Source: an uncultured bacterium
GTDB taxonomy: Bacteria; Planctomycetota; GCA-002687715
Reading direction: 5' to 3'
DNA: 64,000 nt
Assembly: GCA_902826835.1 (NCBI GenBank)
Contig: CADEGH010000023.1
Coordinates: forward strand, 6,220-70,219
Of the stretch, positions 48,745 to 58,555 are shown one piece after another. Below the pieces are notes generated by a model that was given only the letters and a program-made list of their open reading frames with translations, was not told where the DNA came from and did no database searches. Position numbers and translations under genes: made by a program. The stretch's first letter is position 1. The number at the start of each line of letters is the position of its first letter.

Positions 48745-50049
48745 TCAAAGACCGATGCCGTCGTAAGTGAACCCCAGGCTTTCGAGAGTCGCACGGGGAT
48801 AGATGTTGCGCCCATCAATGATGATCGGCGTGCGCATGCGCTGGCGAATGAGCTGGAAGTTCGGGCGTCGATACTCGTTCCACTCGGTCACCAAGACGAG
48901 CGCGTCCGCCTCGTTCAGGGTGTCGTAGCTCCGCGTGTGAAAATGCAGTCCCGGGAGGTGGCCCAAGATCCGCTCGGCGTTCTCGAGGGCTTCCGGATCA
49001 GTGGCATGAACCGTCGCGCCGCGCGCCAAGAGATCCTCGATCAACACCAGCGACGGAGCCTCGCGCATATCGTCGGTGTTGGGTTTGAACGCGAGGCCCC
49101 ACACCGCCACATTGCGGCCGCGTAGGCTCGAGCCCAGCCGATCCACCACCTTCTCCCCGAGGCGGCGCTTCTGCGCCGCGTTCACGGCCTCGACCGCGCC
49201 GAGAATTTTCAGGTCCAAACCCTGCTGGCGCCCCGTCGCGATCAAGGCCTGCAAGTCCTTCGGAAAGCAGCTTCCCCCGTAACCCGGCCCCGGGAAGAGG
49301 AAGGGGAATCCGATTCGGGAGTCCGTGCCGATTCCCTTCCGCACGTGCTCGACGTTGGCGCCCAAGAGTTCGCAGAGGTGGGCCATCTCGTTCATGAACG
49401 AGATGCGGGTCGCGAGCATCGCGTTCGCCGCGTACTTGGTGAGCTCGGCCGACCGGATGTCCATCGCGAGGATGGGCTTGTTCGTACGCACGAAGGGTGC
49501 GTAAAGATCCAGCATGATGCCCTTGGCTCGCTCGGAGTCGGTCCCGATGACCACCCGATCGGGCTTCATGAAGTCGTCGAGGGCGGCGCCTTCCTTCAGG
49601 AACTCCGGGTTGCTGACGACATCGAACGGCAACGTCGTGTGCCGCGCAATTTCCTCACGCACCCGATCCGCGGTTCCCACCGGGACGGTGCTCTTGTCCA
49701 CCACGACTTTGTACGATTCGAGGTTCTGGCCGATCGTCTTGGCCACATCGAGCACGTACCGCAGGTCGGCTCGCCCGTCGTCGCTCATCGGAGTGCCGAC
49801 CGCGATGAAGATGACCTCCGCACCGCGGACCGCTCCTCCCCCGTCCAGGGTGAAAGAGAGGCGCTCCTCCTCCCGGTTGCGACGGACCAGCTCCTCGAGC
49901 CCCGGTTCGTAGATGGGGATTTTTCCGGCGCGGAGAGCCTCGACCCGGCCCGGATCGACGTCCACGAGGACCACGTCGTTGCCGGAATCGGCAAAACAGG
50001 TTCCAGCTACTAGGCCGACGTATCCGGCCCCAAATACCGCGATCTTCAT
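48745..50049 (-). CDS. ugd: UDP-glucose 6-dehydrogenase (nucleotide-sugar dehydrogenase family)
   Basis: The N-terminal Rossmann motif MKIAVFGAGYVGLV and a GGSCFPKD catalytic-Cys motif are characteristic of UDP-glucose/GDP-mannose dehydrogenases. Start at the internal Met 50049. Confidence 0.85.
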   Translation of the reverse strand: MKIAVFGAGYVGLVAGTCFADSGNDVVLVDVDPGRVEALRAGKIPIYEPGLEELVRRNREEERLSFTLDGGGAVRGAEVIFIAVGTPMSDDGRADLRYVLDVAKTIGQNLESYKVVVDKSTVPVGTADRVREEIARHTTLPFDVVSNPEFLKEGAALDDFMKPDRVVIGTDSERAKGIMLDLYAPFVRTNKPILAMDIRSAELTKYAANAMLATRISFMNEMAHLCELLGANVEHVRKGIGTDSRIGFPFLFPGPGYGGSCFPKDLQALIATGRQQGLDLKILGAVEAVNAAQKRRLGEKVVDRLGSSLRGRNVAVWGLAFKPNTDDMREAPSLVLIEDLLARGATVHATDPEALENAERILGHLPGLHFHTRSYDTLNEADALVLVTEWNEYRRPNFQLIRQRMRTPIIIDGRNIYPRATLESLGFTYDGIGL

Positions 50050-50211
50050 GCCGTCTCGCTCCAAAGCCGCGCGGGCGCTCCCCTTATACCGCCGGGCAAG
50101 GCTTCCGCCTTCCGTTCTCGGCTAGGCGCCCCCCTCGTCTCAAATGCGCGGCGGAACGCCTCGCGGCATTGAAGAACCGGGCCGGGTTGAGAAGAATCCC
50201 CCCCTCTTGCC

Positions 50212-50284
50212 GGGCGATTAGCTCAATTGGCAGAGCACCTCGTTTACACCGAGGGGGTCGCAGGTTCGAGTCCTGCATCGCCCA
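50212..50284 (+). tRNA. tRNA-Val (anticodon UAC)
   Basis: Cloverleaf read directly: acceptor GGGCGAT/ATCGCCC, D-arm GCTC-AATTGGCA-GAGC, anticodon arm CCTCG-TTTACAC-CGAGG, variable loop GGGTC, T-arm GCAGG-TTCGAGT-CCTGC, discriminator A. CCA is not encoded. Confidence 0.85.
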
Positions 50285-50296
50285 TGCCCCACGAGA

Positions 50297-50339
50297 AAAG
50301 CCCTGGCCGCACCTCCGGTGCGACCAGGGCTTTCTCTTT
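50297..50339. terminator. Bidirectional rho-independent terminator (tRNA-Val on plus; astacin/FG-GAP gene on minus)
   Basis: GC-rich hairpin GCCCTGG-C-CGCACC-TCC-GGTGCG-AC-CCAGGGC, flanked by AAAAG upstream and TTTCTCTTT downstream. This gives a U-tract on both strands. Confidence 0.6.
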
Positions 50340-50356
50340 GTGCACTCGGCGAAAGA

Positions 50357-53300
50357 TCAGGTGTCGAACTCGAGGATGAAGGAGACCGCCGTCACCGCCA
50401 TGGACGCATCCTGGAGGATGAAGATGTCGTCGGTGTCGATGCCCACGGGCACCGAGAGCGGCGGGACATCAAGGCGGGCCATGCCACGTTCGTCGAGGAA
50501 TCCGAACCAGGGCGGAGTGGTGTTCAGGATCGCGTAATTGTCGAGCGCATCCGGGCCAAGCCCGACGATGGGTCCGGTGCCTTGGAGGTGGCCCCCGCTG
50601 AAGGTGAACGACCACCGCTCGCCGGCGTGATCGATGCCGGCGTTGATGATCAGGGTGAGGCCTCCACCGAGGCCCGTTCCGTTGAGGCGGACATCCATGC
50701 CGGCGTCGTAGTTGATGGCGCCCGGGACGTCGCTGTTGGCCAGGCCCATGGTCCGAGTCGCCTTCGGGCCGAAGTTGGCGCCCAAGTTGGTGTCCGAGCT
50801 TTGGGCATTGCGGCCGATAGCCCCGTCCCCCGTTCCGGCCCGCGGTGCCGCTCCCTGGAAGCTGTACCAGCTCGACGGAAAGCGCGGGTGGTTATGGGCC
50901 ACCAGGTCGTTGTGCCCGGTCGTTCGCATGCAGTCCATCAAGCGCCCGAAGGAGTCGTAGAGCGCACAATCGTACTCCTCGGTAGTCCAGGGAATGCCCG
51001 GTCCGCCGTTGGCTGCCACGTTGATGTAGGTGACGTTGGCAGGCTTTTCACCGGGAGGCGTCGAGGTGTCGCCGAGCACGATGTAGGCCCGGTTGCCGAT
51101 TCCGGGATTGGGCAGGTTGGCGCCCCAAGGGATCGGGATCCGCGTATGCGTCGAGCCCTGATTCGCGGAAGCCAGAATGTAGTACCCGGATAGATCGATT
51201 TCCCCGATTCCCGACCACGCGATCTCGATGAAATCCGGGCTGTCATCGGTCTCGTTGATGAGGACTCTGATCCCTGGCAACCACGCATCGGTATTGCCCG
51301 AGCCAGAGCAGGCGTTTTCGAGGCCGAAGCTCCTTGGCCCAAACGAGAGCCAGTCCGCCGCGCTGTTCGAGTCCAACCCCCAAGCGCGCTCGGCGTTTCC
51401 GACGATCGAAGTCAGAGTTCCGGCCGCCTCGTTCCTCACCAGGCCCCGGAAGGCACCACCCAGGGATCCCTCGGTGTAGCCGGAGGTCGAGGACGCGACT
51501 CGAACTTCGTCCATCACCACGCCGGAAGCGGAGCGCAGCGCGACTGCGAAGTCACTCGTGGTTGTGCCGATGTTCGGAAGATTGCGCAAAATTTGGCAGT
51601 TGGCCGGTGTCTCCAAGGGGGTCGGCGCCGTCGACTCGAGCACCAAGGCGATCTCGCCCGGCAGAAGGGTCCCGCTCAAGGGCGTCGACACGAGGGTCGA
51701 TCCGTCTTTCCACACCACGGTCCAGCCCGAGAGCGAGGCCGTGGTCGTACCGAAGTTCGCGATCTCGATCCCGTCCGGGTTCCCGGAGGAGACCTCCGTG
51801 ATCAGGACTCGGCCCAGAGCCGGAGGAATCCGCGCCGCAAACACGTCGTAGTCGCCAGCATTGGGACAGGGATAGTCGGAGAGGGGGACGCCGACCAAGA
51901 AGCGGGACTGAGTGTCCCCGTTGGTGTCGCCTACAAACGCCAGAGTCCAGCCGAAGGAGGTGCCGATCGGGGGAGCCCCGAAGACCTGATAGCGCCGCTC
52001 TTTGTGGAGCACCTCGCCAGTGCGCCCCGATCGAACGTGGACGTAGCCGGGACCGGTGACTCCGGTCGCGCTGTTCCCGAACTGGATCGCGCCGACTCCG
52101 AAGTCGCCAGCGCCGTCACCATCGACATCGCCGGCGTCGCAGAGGGACCAGCCGTAACTGTCTCCGACGGCCTCACCGACGTAGGTCGCGAGAGTCGTGT
52201 ATCCGAGGGTGAAAATCGGCGTCGTATTTCCGGCGCCGGAGTAGATCCGGACGTAGCCCGTGCCACCTTCACTCGGGGTCAAACCACCCCCGTCCGAGGC
52301 GCCCGCCACGATGTTGGCCTTCACTCCGTTCGCGGAAATCGAGGCAATCATCGCCACGGAGCGACCGAGGTTGTCGGCGATTCCGTCTCCGTCACGCGTG
52401 GCCACAAGGGTGCCCGAAGCCCCCGAGTAGACGAAGATGCGGCCGCAGTTCGAACCCCCGGTGCCGTCGAAGCCCGACGACCCGATCACGTAGTCCGGCA
52501 CGCCGTCCGTCCCGAGATCGCGCCCGCCGGCCAGCCCTTCACCGAAGCTGTCGAAGAAGTTCGTGCCGTTGTGGGTGCGGATCAGGCCGCCGTTCACCGA
52601 CCAGAGTTCCACCCGCCCGGTGCCAGTGTTGTACGCCTGGGCGCCCACCAGGAACTCGGTGTCGCCGTCACCATCGATGTCCCCCACGCGGGCGAACGAC
52701 TCGCCGAAGCCGCCAAACGCGGTGCCGTAGTTGACGGTCGCGATCGAGACGCCGGTCTGGCCGTTCAGGATCTGCCATCGACCCGCGAAATTGTTGTACC
52801 CGGGGCTGCCAACGACGACGTCCTCGCGGCCATCGCCGGTGACGTCGCCGAGGCTCGCGGTCGCCGCCCCGAATCCGTAGTCGGCGCCGGCGCCTTCGAC
52901 GCTCCAGATCACCGCGCCGGTGTAGCCGGAAATGAGGCGCAGCCGTCCGCGGGCGTTGGAGCCGTAGCCCGGCTCCCCCACGACAAAGTCGGCGTAGCCA
53001 TCACCGTTGATGTCCCCGACGCCCGCGACACCGCTCCCGATTTCATTGTCCTGTGTGGAGCAGGGGGGGTAGGTGATGTTGAAGCTCACGCTGGCGGGAG
53101 CCCGGAAGCCCGCGACCACGTCGTTCTCGATCAGGATGCTGTGGAGGCCGACCGACTGAAGCAGGTTCGACGGCACCCAGGCCCGAACCGTCGTGGGGTT
53201 GATGAATTGGGTCTCGAGCGGGCTGAAATCCCAGAGCACCCGAGTTCCCAGGACCCCGTCTCCGTCGAGGGATCCCTCGAAAAATCGTGTGCCCGAAACT

Positions 53301-54136
53301 TCGACCCAGATCCCTCCACTTCCGGCCGTCACCGAGTTCGGCGAAACCGAGGTGCAGGTCGGCTGCCGTGCGCTGCCGTAGCGTGAGGCCATGGCCTGGG
53401 CATCCAGCACCGTAAGGTGACTGCGATTCCCCATGACGTTTTGGAACTGCGTAAACCCCGGGCGCGCCTGGATTGTGGGGATCGCCGAATTCACCGCAAA
53501 CGCGGTGTCGTTGTAGTGCATGATCGATTCGAAGTCGTACGCCCCGGTGGGAGTCGCCGTGAGCGACTTGGCGAAGTTGTTGTCGCAGGGGTTTCCGTTG
53601 CAAGCGGTCTGCGAGATGTTGCCAAAATTGATCGAGACATAAGTGTCGCGATCCGGGCGGGACTGCTCATGAAGAAAGCCCAGCGCATGGTAGAGCTCGT
53701 GCACCAAAATGTACTTGTCGTCCCAGTGATTGGCTCCCACGCCGAGGTCCTGGACTCCCCCATCCATGCCGACCGCGGAGTAACTCACCGAGTTCGAGGC
53801 CGTGTTTTGGATGATCTGGATCCGGTTCGGTGCGACCGAACTCTCGAAGAAATCGACGTTCGCGATGGACTCGATCTCCCAAAACGCCTTGCGGAAGAGG
53901 TCTCGCCGCGTGGCCGAGATGTTGGCGGCAAATTCGTAGAAAACGTTGCCAGCGGGCCAGGCGGTAGCCGTCCACACTCCTTCCCCGAAGATCGCCTCCG
54001 GCGGGAGGACCATGTCGTCCACCACGATCCGGTCAGGGCGGGGAGCGGGTACGGGGGACTGGCCGGGGGCCAGGGCGCAAGCGAAGAGACAAAGCGCGGG
54101 GAGCGCGTAGCGGCCAACAGAGGCGAGGGAGAGCAT
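50357..54136 (-). CDS. Giant secreted astacin-like (M12A) metalloprotease with FG-GAP beta-propeller repeats, two lamin-tail domains and a conserved C-terminal domain
   Basis: 1259 aa. Signal MLSLASVGRYALPALCLFACALAPGQS. Astacin zinc site HELYHALGFLHEQSRPDRD with a Met-turn SIMHY. Multiple FG-GAP repeats; LTD-like RVLITEVSSGNPDGIEIANF...SGWTVVW and RVLINETDDSPDFIEIAWSG. Confidence 0.8.
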   Translation of the reverse strand: MLSLASVGRYALPALCLFACALAPGQSPVPAPRPDRIVVDDMVLPPEAIFGEGVWTATAWPAGNVFYEFAANISATRRDLFRKAFWEIESIANVDFFESSVAPNRIQIIQNTASNSVSYSAVGMDGGVQDLGVGANHWDDKYILVHELYHALGFLHEQSRPDRDTYVSINFGNISQTACNGNPCDNNFAKSLTATPTGAYDFESIMHYNDTAFAVNSAIPTIQARPGFTQFQNVMGNRSHLTVLDAQAMASRYGSARQPTCTSVSPNSVTAGSGGIWVEVSGTRFFEGSLDGDGVLGTRVLWDFSPLETQFINPTTVRAWVPSNLLQSVGLHSILIENDVVAGFRAPASVSFNITYPPCSTQDNEIGSGVAGVGDINGDGYADFVVGEPGYGSNARGRLRLISGYTGAVIWSVEGAGADYGFGAATASLGDVTGDGREDVVVGSPGYNNFAGRWQILNGQTGVSIATVNYGTAFGGFGESFARVGDIDGDGDTEFLVGAQAYNTGTGRVELWSVNGGLIRTHNGTNFFDSFGEGLAGGRDLGTDGVPDYVIGSSGFDGTGGSNCGRIFVYSGASGTLVATRDGDGIADNLGRSVAMIASISANGVKANIVAGASDGGGLTPSEGGTGYVRIYSGAGNTTPIFTLGYTTLATYVGEAVGDSYGWSLCDAGDVDGDGAGDFGVGAIQFGNSATGVTGPGYVHVRSGRTGEVLHKERRYQVFGAPPIGTSFGWTLAFVGDTNGDTQSRFLVGVPLSDYPCPNAGDYDVFAARIPPALGRVLITEVSSGNPDGIEIANFGTTTASLSGWTVVWKDGSTLVSTPLSGTLLPGEIALVLESTAPTPLETPANCQILRNLPNIGTTTSDFAVALRSASGVVMDEVRVASSTSGYTEGSLGGAFRGLVRNEAAGTLTSIVGNAERAWGLDSNSAADWLSFGPRSFGLENACSGSGNTDAWLPGIRVLINETDDSPDFIEIAWSGIGEIDLSGYYILASANQGSTHTRIPIPWGANLPNPGIGNRAYIVLGDTSTPPGEKPANVTYINVAANGGPGIPWTTEEYDCALYDSFGRLMDCMRTTGHNDLVAHNHPRFPSSWYSFQGAAPRAGTGDGAIGRNAQSSDTNLGANFGPKATRTMGLANSDVPGAINYDAGMDVRLNGTGLGGGLTLIINAGIDHAGERWSFTFSGGHLQGTGPIVGLGPDALDNYAILNTTPPWFGFLDERGMARLDVPPLSVPVGIDTDDIFILQDASMAVTAVSFILEFDT

Positions 54137-54471
54137 CGGGTGACTCCGGAGTCGAGTGAGATCGGCCCGGGAAGGGAGTACCCTTCCACCAGGCGTCGCT
54201 CTTCATTCCGGAGCCACTTCGTTTTCGCAGAAACCCGCGAAATACCAGAAAACCCGAATCACTTCGCCGGCGAGGATCAGCGGACGAGGTGCGTCTCACC
54301 ATGGCGGCCCGTGAACACGATGCGGATTGAGCCACCAGTCACATTCGCGGCTGCGGTAGCTTCGTAATCGGCTTCGGCGGCAGCAACCAGTCTGACCCCG
54401 GCGGAGAAACTGCCGCCAAGCCAACCCCACGGACCAGGTGACGGGGATAAGGATCGCCCGCGTCGACCGGA

Positions 54472-55242
54472 TCAGGTCGTGAAGACGAGGTTGAGGGGAT
54501 TGGTGATCCCGACGTTGCCCGAGGTGTCGACGAGGGCGGCCTGGAGAGTGATGCCCTGCCAGAGCAGAACCGGAACATTGGGGATGATCACTTGCAGCGG
54601 CACGCTCGTCTGGCCGGCCATGTCCAACACACCCTGGAGGTTGTTGAAGAGGAATGGATCAGGCGCGGGGAACGAGAGCTGGAACAAGAGATCGAAATCG
54701 AGGGCGATGAAGTTGGACGGGGGCAGAGGAATGCCGGTGTTCGTGGTGAAGGAGGCCGCTCCGAAGTAGATCGCGGATGGCCACAGGGGCGCGTTGATGT
54801 TGGCGTCGTAGATCGTGCCCAACTGAGGCACCGAAGTCGACGAGAGGACGGGCTTGTTGCCACCCCCCACATCGAAGGGGAGGAAATCCTGCATCAAGGG
54901 TCCGGCTCCGTTCAGCCGGTAATCGACCCGCACGTAGTAGGTTCCCGGCGTCAAGGTCCCCGGCAGATTCAGATTGAGGTTGCGGGAACCGCAGGGCGCA
55001 ATCGTGATCAGGATCAACGGGCAGATGAAGGGCTGAAAGGCGATGGGACCGGCGGGACTGCCGGACACGACAGCGTTGTAGCCGCAGCCCGAGCTGAGCA
55101 CCGCATTTTGAGTGGACCCGTTGGTCATCCGAACCACCACGGTGGTTCCGGCCAAGGGGATTGCGGGAGAAAACACGCCGTGCAACGCCTGAGCGTGGGC
55201 GGTGGCGGCGCAGACCAGAACGAGGAAGGCTATGGTACGCAT
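54472..55242 (-). CDS. Hypothetical secreted protein
   Basis: The internal Met at 55242 gives the signal MRTIAFLVLVCAATAHAQA. It is divergent from the ECF sigma gene, with a 92-nt gap. Confidence 0.5.
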   Translation of the reverse strand: MRTIAFLVLVCAATAHAQALHGVFSPAIPLAGTTVVVRMTNGSTQNAVLSSGCGYNAVVSGSPAGPIAFQPFICPLILITIAPCGSRNLNLNLPGTLTPGTYYVRVDYRLNGAGPLMQDFLPFDVGGGNKPVLSSTSVPQLGTIYDANINAPLWPSAIYFGAASFTTNTGIPLPPSNFIALDFDLLFQLSFPAPDPFLFNNLQGVLDMAGQTSVPLQVIIPNVPVLLWQGITLQAALVDTSGNVGITNPLNLVFTT

Positions 55243-55334
55243 GGGGGCAGGATACGAATTGGGCCGCTTGCCGGGAGGGAATTCTCGGCGGCCCGGTCTC
55301 CCGTGGGCCCGCCCCCTGGTAGTTTCAAGTCCGT

Positions 55335-55931
55335 ATGGGTCTCGATGCAAACACCGATGACACCCCCACCGACGCGGCGGGAAATCCCGCCTTGGGGGCT
55401 AAACAGGCCGAATTTTCAGCTCACTACGAGCGATTGGCACCGGCAGCCGCCACCTGGGTCCGCCTCCGCCTCAGCGGGGCCGTGAAGGACCGCTGTCCCC
55501 CCGAGGACTTTCTTCAGGAACTTTGGTTTCGGGCATTTCGGGCCTACCCCACCTTCGATCCGGCACGGGGCGAGTTTCGGACCTGGCTGTTCGCAATCGC
55601 GCAGAACCTGTTGATCGAGATTCTGAGGTCGATGGCCCGACGCGCGGGGCCGGCGCGCGAGGCCTTTCCGTTCTCGGAAGTGCCCGACGACGCCACCGCG
55701 GTCTCCCGCCGCGCCTGCAAGGACGAAGCGGTGCGCAGCTTTGCCGCGGCGGTGGGCAGCCTCGACGACGAAGAGCGAGAGCTCTTGCTTTGGCGCGGCC
55801 TCGAGGGCCTGTCGCACGACGAAATCGCCACCCGCCTCAAAACCTCTCGCGATGCGGTCATGAAGCGTTGGCAGCGCCTGCGGGATCGGATCGAACCGTG
55901 GCTCCCAGCGGCCGAGCTGATCGCCAGTTGA
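55335..55931 (+). CDS. RNA polymerase sigma-70 factor, ECF subfamily (second copy)
   Basis: Sigma-2 region (DFLQELWFRAFRAYPTFDPARGEFRTWLFAIAQNLLIEILRS) and sigma-4 region (EERELLLWRGLEGLSHDEIATRLKTSRDAVMKRWQRLRDRI). Confidence 0.75.
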   Translation: MGLDANTDDTPTDAAGNPALGAKQAEFSAHYERLAPAAATWVRLRLSGAVKDRCPPEDFLQELWFRAFRAYPTFDPARGEFRTWLFAIAQNLLIEILRSMARRAGPAREAFPFSEVPDDATAVSRRACKDEAVRSFAAAVGSLDDEERELLLWRGLEGLSHDEIATRLKTSRDAVMKRWQRLRDRIEPWLPAAELIAS

Positions 55932-58490
55932 TCACTCGCCCCGCGCGCCGAGAAGCGGCTGAAGACGCGATTTCCATTCGGGACTGATGCCCTCTCCCAA
56001 TCCGTCGAGGGCCTCTCGCGCCGCCGCTCGGGCCTCGCGCTTCTCCCCTACCACTCCAGAAATCACGGCAAACTCGGCGAGGAGTTCCGCGTCTTTCCGC
56101 TCTGTTTCCGCGACCGCGCGCCTCATCCAAGCGTAGGCCGTAAGCTGCTCAGAGGCGCCCGCCGAAGGGGAATCGAGGAGCTGGCGCGCCAGTTTGACAC
56201 GGCGGTGGGGGGTCGTAGGCGCGGCCTCCGCCTCGGCAACCACGGCGTCGAGGCCTGCCCGCCGCTCGAGCTCGGTGTCCTCGTCGGCTTCAGCCGCCCT
56301 CTGGAGACGCTGGTAGGCGGTGAGGACATCGTCCACATGCCCATCCCCCCCTGGCGTCGCGCGTGCGGCATCCGCTTGGAAGCGCGCTGACATATGCCAC
56401 GCCACGATCGCGCCGGGCAAATCCCGCTCCGCCGAAGCCAGATAGGCGCGGAATCGCCAGACATCTGCCAGTCGATCCTGGGCCAGGACACTCTCCGGAT
56501 GCGCCGACGCATAGCTTTCGGCGTGCCGCAGAGCTTGATCGAGCGCCGCCCGAGCCGGCCCCGGGCGTTTTTCATTGACCTCGATCTGGCCGAGCTTCAA
56601 CCAGATCAAGCCGAGGTCGAACTGATCGAAGGCCTGCACACTCGGGTGATTGAGCATTTCCTGCCGCAGGTCTCGACAGAGTTCCATCCGCTCCCGGGCC
56701 CGATTCGCGTCCCCGGTGCGCGCGAGCCCGTCCCCCTCCTGCTCGAGTAGGAGACAGACGAGCCTTCGGGCCCAAGGGTCCTCCTTCAGGCTTAGGAGAA
56801 CCTTGCGTTCCTCGTCCAAGTTTTCGATATGCGTCAACACCGAAGCGAAGTCACCGCGTTGCCATTCCATCTGCATTTCGCAGAGTTCGATGGCCACCGC
56901 CTCACAGACGAGGGAAGTGACCTTCGGCCACTTCTGACGAGCGCCTTCGATCAGAGATCGCGCCTCGGCGAGGGTCGAGCGCGCCGCTGCAGAGTCCTGA
57001 CGTCCTTGCTTTTGAGGAGAACTCTGGGTCTGTGCCTTCTCTCGCAGTGCCGCCGAAACCTCGATGACCAGCGCGGGTTCCGGTTCGGCCGATCTTTCCA
57101 CGGCGCGCAGGGTGGCCAGAGTTTGATCGGCCAATCGACCGCGGTAATCCGCCGCTGCCGGCAGATAACGAAGTTCCTGGCTCAGCGAGGCGGCTAGTGC
57201 GCGCACCACTTCCCGAATCTGAACGAGGCGGGCCCGATCCTGTTCCTGTGCCAACGACAATCGTTGTGTCGCCTCGTTCGCAGTACGCAGAAGCAGCAAG
57301 CTGACAACCAAGCCGGTGACCAAGCTCAGGAGCGCGACCGCGAGGCTGGCGGATACGACGGGGTGCCGCCGCGTGAGTCGGAGCGTGCGGTAGAGAGGCC
57401 CCGCAGGCCGGGCGTGAACGGGTTCGCCGCGCCTCGCACGTCCCAAGTCCTCGGCGAAGGCCTGGGCACTCTGGTATCGGCGGTCCCGATCCTTCTCGAG
57501 CGCCGTGAGGACGATGGCGCGCAGGTCTCGATCCACCCCTGGATCGACACTGCGAGGATCGATGGGGTCCTTGGTCATGATCGCGCGGTAGGTTTCCGCC
57601 CGCGAGGGTGCGTCGAACGGTCGGGATTTCGTGAGGACCTCGTAGAGAGTCACCCCGAGCGCCCAGACATCGACGCGGGGATCGAGCGGAATGCGGCTGC
57701 CCGAGATTTGTTCGGGTGCGAGATAGGAAGGCGTCCCGAGGATGTCGCCGGTGAGGGTCAAGTGGCGCTGGTCCTGGTCGATCTCCTGGGCGAGGCCAAA
57801 ATCCAAAATCATCGGACGCTCACCCGGGGTGAGCATCAGGTTGCCCGGCTTGATGTCGCGATGGAGCACGCCCACGCCATGCGTGGCGTGCAACGCCGCC
57901 GCGGCTTCCTCAAAGTACGCGAGTAGCCGGTCGCGACTCGAAAAGGGCGCCCACATGGGCTTGCCGAATCCCCGCTCTTTCGGCAGACGCTTGGCGAGCG
58001 TCTCGCCCGCGATCAGGGGCATGGCCACGTAGGAAAGGCCGTCCGCCTGCCCGACATCGTGCACGCCGCAAATCGCCGGGTGCTCGACCTTCGAGGCCGC
58101 CATCGCCTCCCGCCGAAACCGCGCGAGAGCGGCGTGGCTCTCGAGGCCGGGCAAGCTGCGGAGGACTTTGAGGGCGACACGTCGGCCCAAACGGGTGTCT
58201 TCCGCCAGATAAACGACCGCTTGACCGCCTCGACCGATTTCCTCGAGCACCGTGTACGGCCCGAGTTCGCGAGGACCGAAATCCGCCGTAGCCGCCTTGG
58301 CTTCCACCGTGGTCTTGGGTGGCTCGCCTTTCTCAATCAACCGGTACTCACGGAGCACGGTGTCGCTGTGGTCGGGCCACAGGGCGATGTACTCCTCCAC
58401 CGAGACCACCTTGCCGGCTTCGCGATCCTTGAGGTAGCGCTCCATGAAGGCGAGCGCGACCCATTCGTCGGTGGGAGCGGCATTCAGCAT
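55932..58490 (-). CDS. Membrane-anchored Ser/Thr protein kinase with a large C-terminal domain (paralog of the kinase at 21354..23885)
   Basis: Hanks kinase motifs: glycine loop GRGGQAVVYLA, catalytic loop HRDIKPGNLML, DFG, and the APE-type motif GTPSYLAPE. TM helix VVSASLAVALLSLVTGLVVSLLLL precedes a C-terminal helical domain of about 480 aa. The stop abuts the convergent ECF sigma stop. Confidence 0.85.
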   Translation of the reverse strand: MLNAAPTDEWVALAFMERYLKDREAGKVVSVEEYIALWPDHSDTVLREYRLIEKGEPPKTTVEAKAATADFGPRELGPYTVLEEIGRGGQAVVYLAEDTRLGRRVALKVLRSLPGLESHAALARFRREAMAASKVEHPAICGVHDVGQADGLSYVAMPLIAGETLAKRLPKERGFGKPMWAPFSSRDRLLAYFEEAAAALHATHGVGVLHRDIKPGNLMLTPGERPMILDFGLAQEIDQDQRHLTLTGDILGTPSYLAPEQISGSRIPLDPRVDVWALGVTLYEVLTKSRPFDAPSRAETYRAIMTKDPIDPRSVDPGVDRDLRAIVLTALEKDRDRRYQSAQAFAEDLGRARRGEPVHARPAGPLYRTLRLTRRHPVVSASLAVALLSLVTGLVVSLLLLRTANEATQRLSLAQEQDRARLVQIREVVRALAASLSQELRYLPAAADYRGRLADQTLATLRAVERSAEPEPALVIEVSAALREKAQTQSSPQKQGRQDSAAARSTLAEARSLIEGARQKWPKVTSLVCEAVAIELCEMQMEWQRGDFASVLTHIENLDEERKVLLSLKEDPWARRLVCLLLEQEGDGLARTGDANRARERMELCRDLRQEMLNHPSVQAFDQFDLGLIWLKLGQIEVNEKRPGPARAALDQALRHAESYASAHPESVLAQDRLADVWRFRAYLASAERDLPGAIVAWHMSARFQADAARATPGGDGHVDDVLTAYQRLQRAAEADEDTELERRAGLDAVVAEAEAAPTTPHRRVKLARQLLDSPSAGASEQLTAYAWMRRAVAETERKDAELLAEFAVISGVVGEKREARAAAREALDGLGEGISPEWKSRLQPLLGARGE

Positions 58491-58512
58491 CGAAGAGATC
58501 CTAAGGCAGAGT

Positions 58513-58541
58513 GCGGCGCAGGGTCAAAAACCCCGCGCCGC
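58513..58541. other. GC-rich hairpin between the astacin gene stop and the kinase start
   Basis: GCGGCGC-A-GGGT-CAAAA-ACCC-C-GCGCCGC: an 11-bp interrupted stem with a 5-nt loop. There is no flanking U-tract on the minus strand. Confidence 0.35.
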
Positions 58542-58555
58542 GGCCAGGTCAGGGA

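Noticed and set aside
51593-53386. 597-aa ORF antisense to the astacin/FG-GAP gene
   Set aside because: Antisense artefact. The minus-strand frame carries astacin and FG-GAP motifs.
54376-54417. 8-bp GC stem (GGCGGCAG/CTGCCGCC) with a 26-nt loop in the 335-nt gap upstream of the astacin gene
   Set aside because: The loop is too large and no U-tract follows. It might be a processing or attenuation element, but the evidence is weak.
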